A stretch of 64,000 nt of DNA, from positions 19,168,001 to 19,232,000 of the forward strand of contig CP068257.2 in the NCBI GenBank assembly GCA_009914755.4. Reading direction: 5' to 3'. This document shows positions 1 to 12,940 of the stretch, in pieces. The first letter of the stretch is position 1. The number at the start of each line of letters is the position of its first letter. The notes beneath the pieces are model-generated. The model did not search any database and had not been told where the DNA came from. It saw nothing but the letters and a program-made list of their open reading frames with translations. The position numbers and the translations under genes are program-made. This DNA is from the human T2T-CHM13v2.0 reference genome, Homo sapiens.

Positions 1-413
1 GCTATAATTTTACAACCTCACTTTATCATGGTTTTGAGTAGAGACAATTTCTTCTTTAACCCTTTATTATTTATGGTAGTTACAAATAATGTATAACATA
101 GTACATGTGCTATGTTTAATGGATTTTGAGTGAATAAATGATACATATAATTTCATAAATAATAAGTTTATATGATTACATAAATTATAAAAGTCTTAAA
201 TCAATCACCGTGTTTTACTCTGTCTATAATTTGGTCCATTAATTAATTAATTATTAAGATGCCATTCATATAAAATTTCAGTAATGGGAGTAAGTCTTCT
301 TATTGGTGTCTTTTAACAATGAAGATGATTTTGGGTATGAAGTTATGGAAGAAATAACAGTTGTATAAAATAGTAAGGAGATTTATTTATTCAAGTAACA
401 AGAATATATTTTT

Positions 414-512
414 GGAGGCTGAGGCGGGAGGATGGCTTGAAGCCAGGAACTGGATACCAGCCTGGGCAAGAAAGTGAGATCCCCACCTCTACAAAAAGAA
501 AAAAAAAAAAAG
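414..512 (+). mobile_element. Free Alu monomer-like fragment (FLAM/FRAM-type) with A-rich tail
   Basis: ggaggctgaggcgggaggatggcttgaagccagga...cctgggcaagaaagtgagatcc..ctctacaaaaagaaaaaaaaaaaa matches the Alu monomer 3' portion; about 100 bp only. Confidence 0.6.
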
Positions 513-1250
513 AAGGTAACAAGAAGAATGATCCTGGGAAGGATGACTTTTCTATTGGTTAATTCATGGGCCCAGTGATATCATTAATTACCTGACTCCA
601 TTTCACCTTTCTGCTCTATCATTCCTAGTGTTTTTCCAGTGTGCCTCATGGATGTAAGAGGGCTGCAGCGGCTCCACACAACACATACTCACATTCTAGT
701 ATGTAGAATGGCATGAACTGTCTAATCCCTAATGACTGGAACGGAACCACCCATCATGATTCTCCTCTGGACCTGGGGCTAGTTATTGGCTGTAGCGAAG
801 GATTGTAGGGTTAAATACTGTTAGCTGGGAGCATAACTAAGAGTCTGCTGCATATCTGCATTGTACTGAGTTAGAAAGTTATTTTAATTTTCACAGATTG
901 CGGCACAATGAGTGATCACTGCTTGATGAGGAATGATGAAGGCGGCATTCAATAAATGATTTGAGGAAGGTGCAGAGACCAAAAGTTCTGTATTGTTTCC
1001 ATTCCAACAGGCTGAGAAAAGCCATGTTATTATGTGCAGTCACAGTATTAATACCAATTTTTCAAGGTGAGACTTATGAAATTAGCAAGAAATGGGACAT
1101 TTGACAATATATAATATGAAATGATGATCCGTTGGCCTGAATAAGAAAAGATGAGTTAGAACGCTACAAAGAATCTTTCTGTTCACTGATGGGACAATTA
1201 TCAAATGCATGAATACCCCTTTCCTACCCATTAATTTAAATCCTCTTTAA

Positions 1251-1560
1251 GGCCAGGCACAGTGGCTCATGACTGTAATCTCAGCACTTTGGGAGGCTGA
1301 GGCCAGCAGATCATTTGAGGTCAGGAGTTCGAGACCAGCCTAGCCAACGTGGTGAAACCCCATCTCTACCAAAAAATACAAAAACGTACCTGGGCATGGT
1401 GGCGCATGCCTGTAGTCCCAGCTACTCAGGATGCTGAGGTGGGAGAATCGATTGAACCTGGGAGGCAGAGGTTGAGCCAAGATCTTGCCACCACACTCTA
1501 GACTGAGCAACAGAGTGAGACCCTATCTCAAAATAAATAGATAGATAAATAAATAAATAA
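1251..1560 (+). mobile_element. Full-length Alu (AluS-like) with A-rich/(ATAA)n tail
   Basis: Starts ggccaggcacagtggctcatgactgtaatc...gggaggctgaggc. Both arms and the A-rich linker are present. Ends ...gagaccctatctcaaaataaatagatagataaataaataaataa. Confidence 0.9.
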
Positions 1561-3134
1561 TGTTTAATGTAATGTAAATCACTTTATTTCACATGGGTTC
1601 ATGCAAATTTTAATACATCTTTAAAAAATCAGATTATGTATATATATAAAATTTGCTTATAGTCCACATACATTTGGGTCAGTCCTGCCCAGAAATATGA
1701 AAATGGCACTGCATGATCAATAAAATCATATGATCTGGAATCTGCTTTCTAATTTCCACTTCATACTCCACTGCTGTGAGATTCTAGACAAATTAACCTC
1801 TTTGTATTTCATTTTTCCTGTCTTCAAAATGGAGATATAATAGTACTTACGTCATTGGAATAGTGCAAAAACTAATAATTCACATAGAGTGCTTAGTAAT
1901 TATTGGCTATTATTACTCTTTCTACTAGCCTGGTGCACTGATTAGTATGATTAATAGCAGTAGTGATGTGGATGGGAGGTTGGAACTTGAAGAGTTGATC
2001 AGGGAAAATTTCCTAGAGGCAGAAAAGTTTGAGGAAATTTTAAGAACACATTCTTTACAGTTTAATATGAGACTGCCACTTTGCCAAACTCTTTTGTAAA
2101 ATTCCTCTGTTGCCTAAAAGTTGAGTAAAGTCTGGTAAACACACAGCCTTGGGTCCAGATCCCTGAGCAGAGTTGGCTTGTGGGAAGTGACACTATGGAG
2201 AAGTTGACTTCTGGGGAATGATATCATTTAGAAAATGGACTGTAGGTGCAGAAGAAAAAAAAAATCCAGAAGACAGATAAAGAAGCGCAGGTATGAATTT
2301 AGAGGTTGAGGTCAGGAGAAATATATGCAGATGATCCTTCATCCATATAACCAGGGACTTCTAGGGGAATGGGAAACAAAGTATTCCCTCCACCCCCACC
2401 ATTTATGGAGAGCTGATTTAAGCAAATTTTACTTAAATAATAAAGGAAAAGGTGACACAAGCAAGCAACCTGGAGAACTTGGGAACATACAGCAAGTTGG
2501 CATATTGGTTACATATTGAATTATCTTCTGTATTGTCAGAGTGAACAAGCCAGCTTAAAGCAACTCTCCACTTGTAAAACAAATGAAACACATATTTGCT
2601 ATTCTGTGATAAAACATTTTGATAATGTTGAAGGTTGAGTCATGAGCTCAGTTAAGCTTTTTAAATAGTTCAGTCTGATACTTATGACGTTTGTTTCATT
2701 AGCATTAATTTGCTTCTGCAATAAAACCTCCCTGAACATTATTTTGTTGCTACTATATATCATGAGGCACCTCTGTGGGTGCAAAGTGTAAGCATTTCAA
2801 GGTTTTGGAATGGCTAATCTCTAAACCAGCATATCATTAGAGAACCTACAAGTTACAACTTTTGACCCTGCTTGAATTTGTTGTATTACTAGCAACAGAT
2901 ATACACTTTTCAGTGGCCCACTCACTGTCCACAGTCTACTATCTGCATTTACAGGTCTAGTTCCTCAATATGCGACCCTGACCTTGTGAAATGGCCCTTC
3001 TATTCCTCTGCATTTCTTCACTCTTCATATTTAAAGGCTACTTCCAAACCCTATTTGTCAGATAGTTATTTCTGATTATATCTGTGCACTCATTCATTTA
3101 TCAACACATACCACTTATTTTCTAATATGCTAAT

Positions 3135-3474
3135 GCAGGGGTGGCCAACCCCTGGGCTGCCACCTGGTACCGGTCTGTGGCCTGTTAGGAACTGGGCTAA
3201 CAAGTGAGCATAACCACCTGAGCTCTGCCGCCTGTCAGATCAGCAGCAACATTAGATTCTCGTAGGAGCATGAACCCTATTGTGAATTGCACATGTGAGG
3301 GATCTAGGTTGCACACTCCTTATGAGAATCTAATGTCTGATGATCTGAGGTGGAACAGTTTCAACCTGAAACCGTCCTCACCTGTTCCTCCTGCCACACG
3401 CACCATCCATGGAAAAATTGTCTTCCATGAAACCGGTCAATGGTGCTAAAAGGATTGGGAACTGCTTCACTAAT
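3135..3474. mobile_element. Palindromic non-autonomous DNA transposon (hAT-Charlie-type MITE; exact MER family name not recalled)
   Basis: 5' end caggggtggccaacc... and 3' end ...ggattgggaactgc resemble hAT TIRs (compare MER20 cagtggttctcaacc). Internal sub-terminal inverted repeats: ggtaccggtctgtggcctgttaggaac vs ccatgaaaccggtcaatggtgc. Central part ...cagcaacattagattctcgtaggagcatgaaccctattgtgaattgcacatgtgagggatctaggttgcacactccttatgagaatctaatg... matches a frequently seen human MITE consensus. Confidence 0.5.
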
Positions 3475-5511
3475 AGCGCTCATTAAACGAATATTTTCTA
3501 ATATTTTAATAGTGCTGACTTGTGTCATTGTTATTTTTCTCTGCACCTGAAAGTGTTGTGTTCCTTAGCAGATTATGACTTCAGAAGGGTTAAGGTCCTT
3601 TTATTAGATTCCTTTGCTTAGCACAGTATTCAACATATAACACTAATGATGGAAGCCTGATTTCGTATCTTCCAGTAAATTATATTGTTTATAATAAGAA
3701 TGGGGAAAAGCTCTAGCAGGGTCACTGGTGATAGTTCATTAATATGGAATTTAAATCAAATTTTTAGAAATTAAAAAATAAAATATAGATGGGAATTTAT
3801 GATACAGCACAGTTATATTTTAGAATTAACTATAAGTTCTTTAATAATAAAAAATGCATAAACATTCTCCAGGCATTTCATAGATGAGATAATGAATGTC
3901 TTGTCATGTTAATTAACAAATAAGCTAATAAGATGCTGATGAACAAATATTCATCAATTGGAATAGAGATTGGTAAAAATATTGATGGTCACTTAACTGG
4001 GAAAAAATGCACAGTTTTGATCTGGAATCTGAGACTGTTTGCAATGGAGCATCTACAAGATGTGTCAAATGTGAATATCAGTAACATGTTTTGTTTTGAA
4101 AAAAAGAAAATGTTTTCTATATTTGCAGACTTTTCCTATGATGGCAAAAGGATGTCAGAAGTACAGCAAGCAGCAAATTTATTTGAACATGTCTTATTCA
4201 GTATATAAATAATACTATAACAATATGTGAACAAGAAATATCTCTGAAAGAGACATGCTGTGGTGAGAGTATTTTGAAACCAGAATTTAGAATTTCTTTA
4301 CTATGTGAATTTTATTGTTTAAAATTTTATGTGTATAAGGATATCACATTAAAATTCTCATTTGTGAAGAGTAAGTACTTAAAAATCATATTTTACAGCC
4401 TGTTGAGCATTTTAATATTTGAAGGGCTTCAGTGTGTTTTTCATTTATTCATGAAACAAAGAATGATACATATGAAGTGTTAAAATAGCCGATACAATAA
4501 GCTATTAAGAATAACTTGTGAATATTTAAAAAGATAGAAATTTCATAGTTATATTGCAAGTAAAGCCTTTGTTACATTTTTACTATTTTAGAAATCTAAC
4601 TGAATCAAAATTGGTTTTCAAGAATTTGACATTTTCTTTCACGTATCCATCTTTGATAATGATGGCCTAATTAACCAGGCCTCACTGTCCTTAGAAAATA
4701 ACAGAAATAGATTGTCTGAATTACATGGTCTTGATTCAAAGAAACTATTTGGTAAATTTAAGAAATAAAGATGCAATGCCTTGGCCATATAAGAGGAATT
4801 CTTTAAAAGTGTCTCAAATGATACATAAACATATCATCAACCCCTGCAAATGCCTACATGACATCACAAACAATTCAGTCATTACATTTGTTCATGACTC
4901 TATATGTTTGGGGCTATGTTAATACCATGAAATCATAAATAGTAAAATCATAAAATCTTGATGAAAAGAAAAATCAGAAAAATGTACAGCTGATCACAGA
5001 TTGAATATTCATATTGGCAAAATTGAGAGTTGAACAATATAGGATGCTCTAACTTAAATAATATCAATTTGTTATTTAATTACTAAATTAAAACTTTTAA
5101 ATATATTTCAATAAAAAGTATCCTATTTAGTATGCTTTGGGCTGCAAATAACAGAAAACTCAAATCATGTCTTAATGATATGGTTTATTCTCAGAACAAG
5201 AAATATTAATACAAGGACAGGGTATAGTTTGCTTCTGTGGTGTACATAGTTCTGAGCAAATATTTTTGGCAGAGACCTTGTCCGTATGAACAATCTGATT
5301 TTAAAAAAATAAGTCTTAAAATATCATGGTCCATATGAGGTGTGGTGATTTATGGATGACTGTGTATCCTGATAGAGAAGAGGTCCATAGGTATTTGTTT
5401 ATTGTACCAACAATGCACTTGAAGATTTGTCGTAATGTCCAGGCACTATCTCTTCTTATGCAGGTCCATAAATCATTTCATCACATAGTTCATCAATTAT
5501 GCTGTTCCTGG

Positions 5512-6125
5512 CTATATTATTTTCTATTGCTGTATAACAAACTGTTGCAAACTTATCAGCTTAAAACAACATAAGTTTATATCTCTGTTTCCAAAGGTCA
5601 GAATTGCAGACACATTATGACTTCGTTCTCTGCTGAAGCTGTGGCTGGGCTGAAAGTAAGGTGTTGGCTGAGACTATGGCTCTCATCTGGGGCTAGGGGT
5701 CCTCTTCCAGCTCACAGTATAATCGCAGAATTTATGTTCTTGCAGTTACAGGACTGAGCTCCCGTTTTACTGACAAATGTTAGGTATAGATGGCCCTACG
5801 CCACTAGAAGCCACTTGGAGTTCAGTACCATGTGACTTCCATAGACAGGTCACAGCATGGATATCTGCTTTTTTCCAAGGCAACCAGGTACATCTCCCTT
5901 ACTTCCTCTTCTGCACCCAGCCAGAGAAAACACTCAACATAAAGGGCTCACCAGTTTATGTCAGGCCCACCAATAACAATCTCCCTTTTGCTATGTAATG
6001 TAACATAATTGTAGGAATAATAATATCTCCTGTGTTCACAGGCTCCACTCACACTCAAAGAGGAGGGGATATTTTAAGGGCAAGAGTCACTGGGGTTCAT
6101 TTTAGAATTCTGCTCACCACACTGC
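5512..6125 (-). mobile_element. MaLR LTR (MLT1-like), near full length
   Basis: ttgctgtataacaaactgttgcaaacttatcagcttaaaacaacataagtttat...ttctctgctgaagctgtggctgg is the reverse-complement start of MaLR LTRs (compare gctgctataacaaaataccacaaact.agtggcttaaaacaaca). Ends ...ggggatattttaagggcaagagtcactggggttcatttt. The 82-aa and 73-aa track ORFs lie inside it. Confidence 0.55.
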
Positions 6126-9100
6126 CTGACTTTATATCCACCACAATGAGAAAAAGGTAGTGATAATATGTGACCACTCTGTAGAAGTGATTTGTACTAA
6201 AACAGTAGCGATCTTATCGCCTCTACAGTTCCTTAAAAGCATATTTTTAAATGTTTGACTTCATCATTTTGCACGGCGCTGCATCAAGCATTGTGCCACC
6301 CACGAACACTGGCCTCTAGTGACTCCTTCAGAGGTTGCTATTGTGCTTTGTTGATGATGGCCACAAATAAAAGTCTCACCAAGATTATGCAGAAAAATGT
6401 GAATGATAGTACAGTTTTAGATCATGTTAAATATAATGTTCTGTATTTTATAGCAGTAAATCTCAACGACACATTTGTCATCTGTATTTTCTCTTGAACT
6501 CTTTAGGTCACAATCATTCTATTTCTAGAATTTGGTCTTTCTCAATGTTGGCCACATATCTGTCTACCACTACCAGCGGAGAGGCTAAAGAAAGAATGTA
6601 TGACGCTTATCTATATCTGTCACATGTTGGGGCTTTTTTGTGTTACGGCAATGATCTCAAAAACTCAGAGGACATAGGTGCAGCCACCCTTGGAGAACTG
6701 GTAGATATGTCATCAGGAGCCTGAAGCAGTAGTGAGGTCACTGCCCAGGTGCCAGCAGTGGTGGCCCACAGGGTAAGGGATGCTTACTGCTACTCCTGTG
6801 CCCTCCAGTGTCAGAGACCAGAGATACAATCATGGTGAACACACACCTTCACTCCCTAACTCATCACTCAATCCATAGATCAAGAGATGAAATGTCAATA
6901 ATCCAGAGCCCTGCACTGTGAGTCACCTAAATGAGCAGTCAGCACCATTTTGGAGTATCCCCATCACTTACGATCCTGTGGAATAATATAGTCTTGACTA
7001 GTGGACTGACTGGTTCCCTGTGCCACCCCCTGGAACCCAGCTGTCCAAAGGACTTCATGTCTCTCCATAGGGATGAGCCTGGAGCTCTTCTGGGCATCTG
7101 GCTGACTCTACTGAGGGGGTTATGAGCGTGCCAGAGAGGCTGTAAAGGGGAGAAAAGGACCTTGGACCCATGCAGATCCTTCTCAGTCGTCACAGGGCTG
7201 CATGAAAAAACTGCAGGTAATGGCAGGGCCCAGACATTGGAGAAGGCCTTGGAACATTTCAAGGAAGGGCAGGGGAATGCTGAGGACAAGGCGAGCAGGA
7301 CACATACGCTGATCCTGGGTCTATGCGGGTTCTGGGTCCCCTTTCTTCCACTTAGACTCTCCCACCCGTTCCCTGACTGATTTGCAGTTCATCCAAATGT
7401 CTTCCTGGTGATCTGTGTACTTGCCTCATTCTTGGACCACAGGGATTATTCTGTCTGTTAGCTTTCTAAAACCAAAGTGGACCATGAAAATATTTTGCTA
7501 AACCCAGAGAGTCTTTCTGCATAAGAGAAATTCTGTTACCACTTTCTTTTTTTTCCCCCTCTTGGCTGCATACACTTGTATGTAGCCACGATATTTTTTC
7601 CCCACAATATTTCACAAGTGTTACTGGAATTTAAAACTCTTGTTTTGTATATGGTAGAGACTGACTGCGTTAACGTGAAGTAGACAATAATTTCCTCTCA
7701 TTTTTCTTGCTCAGAAATATCTCAAAATCAAATTCCTCCTCTAGCTGGATTTTATAATGAGGTATGACTTTTAAATCTGATTTTATCATAGCCTACAAAA
7801 TAAATCTTAAACCCACAGAGCTAGAAAATGTCATTTATATTCATCAGATCTATTATTTTGCCTTTAGTCATAATCTCACCCAAACCATCACCTGTAGTGT
7901 AGCTAGGAGAATATTTTATTTTTCTAAAATCCTCTAGTTCTACAAACTCCTTCAGGAACTCACATATTTAACAAGCTCTCCAGTCAAGAAATTCATTTTC
8001 CTATTTCTCCCTTTTTTTAACCTTGGTTATTTGTCCTTTGAAAATCTCTGTAAAACTTTAGCTTAGCCATTTTTTTTTTTTTTTAGTTTAACTACACATA
8101 TATTGAACATAGTTAAATGGAGGAGGAAACTACAGTGTCAATTTTAAATTCCTCGAGATTTGATTTGATAGTACTAACCTGAATAAAAACAAAAAGATAA
8201 ATCCAGCATATGTGATAAAATATTCAGAAAGTTTCTTCTCTCCTTTAATTATCCTTCTTTTTGAATACAAAAGTCATATTAAATTGCTGTAATAATGTAA
8301 CATTAGGGTTGCATTGCAATTTCAGACCATATAATTATTAAACTATGAAAAATTTCAAGACATATATATTTAAGGTAAGCTAAAATATATCATTATTTTA
8401 CTTATTATGCACGCAGAAATGTTATATCTTCAACTTACATGTCTGAGTTCTAAAATAATATTTTCCAATTTTCTGTTGATTAAAATGGACACAATCTATT
8501 GCAAATAAATAAGATTAAGTAAATATGTGTTAGCTGTTTAGATTTACCTCATACTAAAGGTAAATGAATAGGAAGTTTTCAGGTCCAATGATCTCATTTT
8601 ATGAAAAAAAAATTAATAACTTGAGGTGTTATGTGATTTGTATCCTGAAATGTACTTGCAATTTAAATCAGGCAAAAACATCTCATACTTCTGTGCTGAC
8701 ACAGCAAATCCAATTATTTGTAAATATATTGACATAAATATACTTTTGTCATTTTCTGATACGTTGTAAAAAAAAAAACCCCTGGATTTCATGGAAAAAG
8801 CATGAAATTCTCAGCCCTTTTTGTTTCACAACATCATTTGCTTGTACAAGTATTTTATGACCATGTAATTCTTGTTTCATTCCTAGAAAAGCCAGTACTA
8901 GATTGGAGTATTTGGGTAAGTGGTAGGAAATTGAAAGTCTCTAGGGTGAAAAGGCAGAGCTAGAAAACAGCAATGGGCTGTGTGAGAAGGACAACCAGAG
9001 AGGAACAATGATACAGAAAATGGTAAATATGGCTAAGGTTGGCCTGGTCTACTTCTCACTGTGTTACCCAACTGCCGGCATCATGTATACACTGAGGAAG

Positions 9101-9762
9101 ACGGGAAATAAACACAACTTCCACAAACTTGGACTTGTCAGTTGCCAATTCATTAAGAATATTGATCAGCAATGTGACATACTGATTATAATTGTTCATG
9201 ATATGAATAAAGAGTGTTTTTGTTATAATAACTAAGTGCTAAGGGTAAACATTTTGTTACTGTTCCAACTTTTCAGTCTACTGGGTCCCTACTCCAAACT
9301 CTACCATCATCACATGTGCACATACGGAAAATAAATAAAAATCCAAATAACAGAAATTTTAAGCTTATGAGAGGCTAGAATATCATAAAGATACTTTCAA
9401 TTTCTTGGAACAAGATAATTACACAAACAGGATTTGCTATTTTTGCCATAGAAAGAATTTTACAGTTAGCTATGAGAAACGAACAATAAATAGCCTAAAA
9501 TGATACTTAACTGGAGAGCTGTGAGTCGAGTTTCCCAGAGCTGTGTATTCCTACTCACACGGAGTGGGTACTTCGTTAAGACTATGTTGAACCAGACTCA
9601 ATGTGCTTCCCCTGTCATTATAGCATTGGACAAGCCTGCATTTTATTGTTATTGCTCCTGTGGTTTTTCGGTCTATACAATTTTCCTTTCTTCTCACTTT
9701 CCTACGGAAGTTAAAAGAAGGTAGAAAGAACATAAACAGAAGCAGAGGGTATGATGAAAACT

Positions 9763-9962
9763 GTGTCTTAGTCCATCTGGGCTGCTATAACAAAATGCCA
9801 CAAACTCAGTGGCTTATAGACAGCAAAAATCTATTACTCACATTTCCTAAGGCTGAGAAGTCCACAGTCAGGGGCCCAGTAGATTCAGTGTCTGATGAGA
9901 GCCTGTTCGTGGTCATAGATGACACCCTCACGGAAACCATGTCTCTATTACTTCAAAGCTTT
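9763..9962 (-). mobile_element. MaLR LTR fragment (MLT1-like, one half only)
   Basis: tgtgtcttagtccatctgggctgctataacaaaatgccacaaactcagtggcttatagacagcaaaaatctattactcacatttcctaaggctgagaagtccacagtcaggg... Confidence 0.55.
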
Positions 9963-10340
9963 GGTTAACATGTCTTATAATCCAACTCTAGCTAGGGAAG
10001 CAGTTAAGATTTATTTACAAATAACATGTTACACAGAATAGAAAATGGTGGGAAAACTGCTTTGAAGAAGAGGAAATTTTAAAAACACAACAGACAAATG
10101 TAAAGGAACGAGTACGCTAATTGTTTCAAAGGTTAAAACACCGTAAGAGGTTGACAGGTGCTATGGGAATGGGACAGTCTCAGAATGGGATCTTCCTACT
10201 TCGAGACTCAGAGTATGTGAGGATGACATGCTTTCTTACTTCTTTTTTATTTTTATTTTTTCTTCCTCATGTACTCTTAAGCATCAAAAGGGACATGCAA
10301 TGAGAGTTTGTTCCAAATGGTCATTCAGGAATCCAGGATT

Positions 10341-10396
10341 CTTCCATCTTGTGTTTTTGTTGTTGTTGTTGTTTTTGTTTTGTTTTTTTTTTTCTC
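10341..10396. repeat. T-rich low-complexity / (TTG)n-(T)n simple repeat
   Basis: gtgtttttgttgttgttgttgtttttgttttgtttttttttttctcc. Confidence 0.9.
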
Positions 10397-11321
10397 CTTG
10401 GGCTTTTTAAATTACTTTTCACCTGATCAGTTAATTAGACATGAAAATAAGGATTGGGTGAGGGAAGCTTTTGTGATCTAGGCCTGCAAATGTCACACTT
10501 CAACGCATAGTCCATTCCCCACACCTAATTTTGGGTGAGGCTAAGGCAAGTGGATTAGTTGTGTGTCTGTTTCTACCACTATATTTATACTGTAAAATAT
10601 CATTTCCCATCTAGGCCACTTCAACAGCCTCCTCACCATACTCCCCTCCTCAAATCTCTTCCCTCTCCAATATCTTCTCCAAAGAGTATTTGGGTTTGGA
10701 ATCCTTAATATTGACCTGTGATTCCCTGTATGTTCTCTCTCTTTTAATCTAATTTCTTACTACACTGCCCTTGCTTTCCAGAACTCAGGACCCTGCGCCT
10801 TTCCTGCACATGCTCTTCTCCCATCACAAGTCCTACATTTCATTGGTTAACTTCTACTGACATTCAAATCACATAAAGTAATAATTAGCAAAGTGAGGTT
10901 ATTAATAGTAATAATACATTTATAGAGTACATACTATTATAATGCATGCCAATGCTAAATACTTTACAAATATTAACTCATTCGATTTTCCCAATAACTC
11001 TATGGGCAGGTACTGTTATTCTCCCCATTTGATGAATGAGGTACCTGAGTATTAGTAAAATGAAAAATCTACCAAGGTCACTAGGCTCGTATGTGGCAGA
11101 TCTACGATTCTTGAACACAGGCATTCTGGTCTCTGATTCCAAACTTGCAGTAGTTGCGCTATATTGCCCAAAGGATGCTTTCTTGGGTAAGTCTTCCTAA
11201 TATTCTAGTTCAGGACAGATTTCCATGGTATACATCCTTATGATGCTATACACTTTTGCTTCCTAGCACTAAAGCAAGTAAAGTTTTTACTTAATCGATT
11301 ATTTGATTATTGTCAATCTGA

Positions 11322-11638
<317 letters not shown>

Positions 11639-11984
11639 TTCAACAGTATTTTTTATGGCATCTAAAACCATTAAACACTTTGGCTAACTTGTATTTTCCT
11701 GACACATTAGCACAGTGGCTGACACATAGTATATGCACAATAAATTTATCTATAGCTAACAGTAGCTCCAATTTCCTAAGTTCTAGGTGGATATCATTTC
11801 ACTGATTTAGAATTTTTAAAATTAAAATAACATGTCAGCCAATAAATAGATAAATATCTAAGAATCACTTGGAAGTCAAACCTGGTTAACTTCTTAAAAA
11901 TATGTATAAGAATATGTTGTTATTAAGAACATAACTAACATTTTATTATTTTATTTATTTTTTATATTATGGATTGCCATAATT

Positions 11985-12940
11985 TATGCTTTTTTAATTT
12001 TATTGATTTAGAGTGTGCGTGCGCAGGTTTGTTACATGGACATATTGTATAACGGTGAGGTTTGCACTTCTAGTGTATCCCTGATCCTAATAAAGAACAT
12101 TATACCCAACAGGTAGTTTTTCAACCCTCATCTCCCTTTCATCCCCTGTTTTTAGGAGTCCCCAGGGTCTATTATTCCCCTCTGTATGTCCATGTGTACC
12201 CATTATTTAGCACCCACTTACAAGTGAGAATATGCACTATTTGATTTTCTGTTCTGAGTCATTTCACATAGAATAATGACTTCCCACTCCAACTATGCGG
12301 CTGCACAAGACACAATTTCAGTCTTTGTTTTTTGACTGTATAGTATTCCATGATGTATGTATACCACATTTTCTTTATCCAGCCACCTATTGATAGACAC
12401 TTAGGTTGATTCCATGACTTTGCTATCATGAATTGTGCTGCAATAAACATATGAGTGCAGGTGTCTTTTTGGTATAATGGTTTCCTTTTTGGTGGTGCAT
12501 GGGGTTAGATGCCTAGTAATAGAATTACTGGATTGAATAGTAATTCTATTTTTAGTTCTTGGGAAATTTCCATATTGTTTTTCATAGAGTTTATACTAAT
12601 TTACATTCCCACCAAGGGTGTGTATGTTTTCTCTTTTCTCTACATCTTCTCCAACGCCTGTTGTTTTTTGACTTTTTAATGATAGCCATTCTGACTGGTG
12701 TGAGATAGCATCTCACTGTGGTTTTATTTACATTTTGTGATGATTAGTGATGTTGATTTTTTTTTCATATGTTTGTTAAACACTTATGGTTTTTTTTTTT
12801 TTGAGAAATGTCTGTTCATGTCTTTTACCCTCTTTCTAATGGGGGTTGTTTTTTATTTGTAGAGTTGTTTCAGTTCCTTGTGGATTCTTGATATTAGTAT
12901 TTTGTTGGACGCATAGCTTGCAAAGATTTGTGTGACACTT
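11985..12940 (-). mobile_element. L1 3' end (ORF2 C-terminal remnant plus 3' UTR), 5'-truncated, older primate subfamily
   Basis: The plus strand shows antisense of the L1 3' UTR (gcaggtttgttacatgg...) and of ORF2. The track ORF 12259-12450 (-), MFIAAQFMIAKSWNQPKCLSIGGWIKKMWYTYIMEYY, matches the L1 ORF2p C-terminus MFIAALFTIAKTWNQPKC..IDWIKKMWHIYTMEYY. Confidence 0.88.

Noticed and set aside
9008-9968. 75-, 74- and 102-aa ORFs in non-repeat-looking sequence
   Set aside because: I recognise no homology, they have AT-rich codon usage typical of random ORFs, and the 102-aa ORF runs into an MLT1-like LTR fragment (9763-9962).
12259-12450. 63-aa minus-strand ORF with clear protein-like sequence
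   Set aside because: It is a remnant of the L1 ORF2 C-terminus inside a truncated, diverged L1, not an independent gene. The same holds for 59209-59430 (-).
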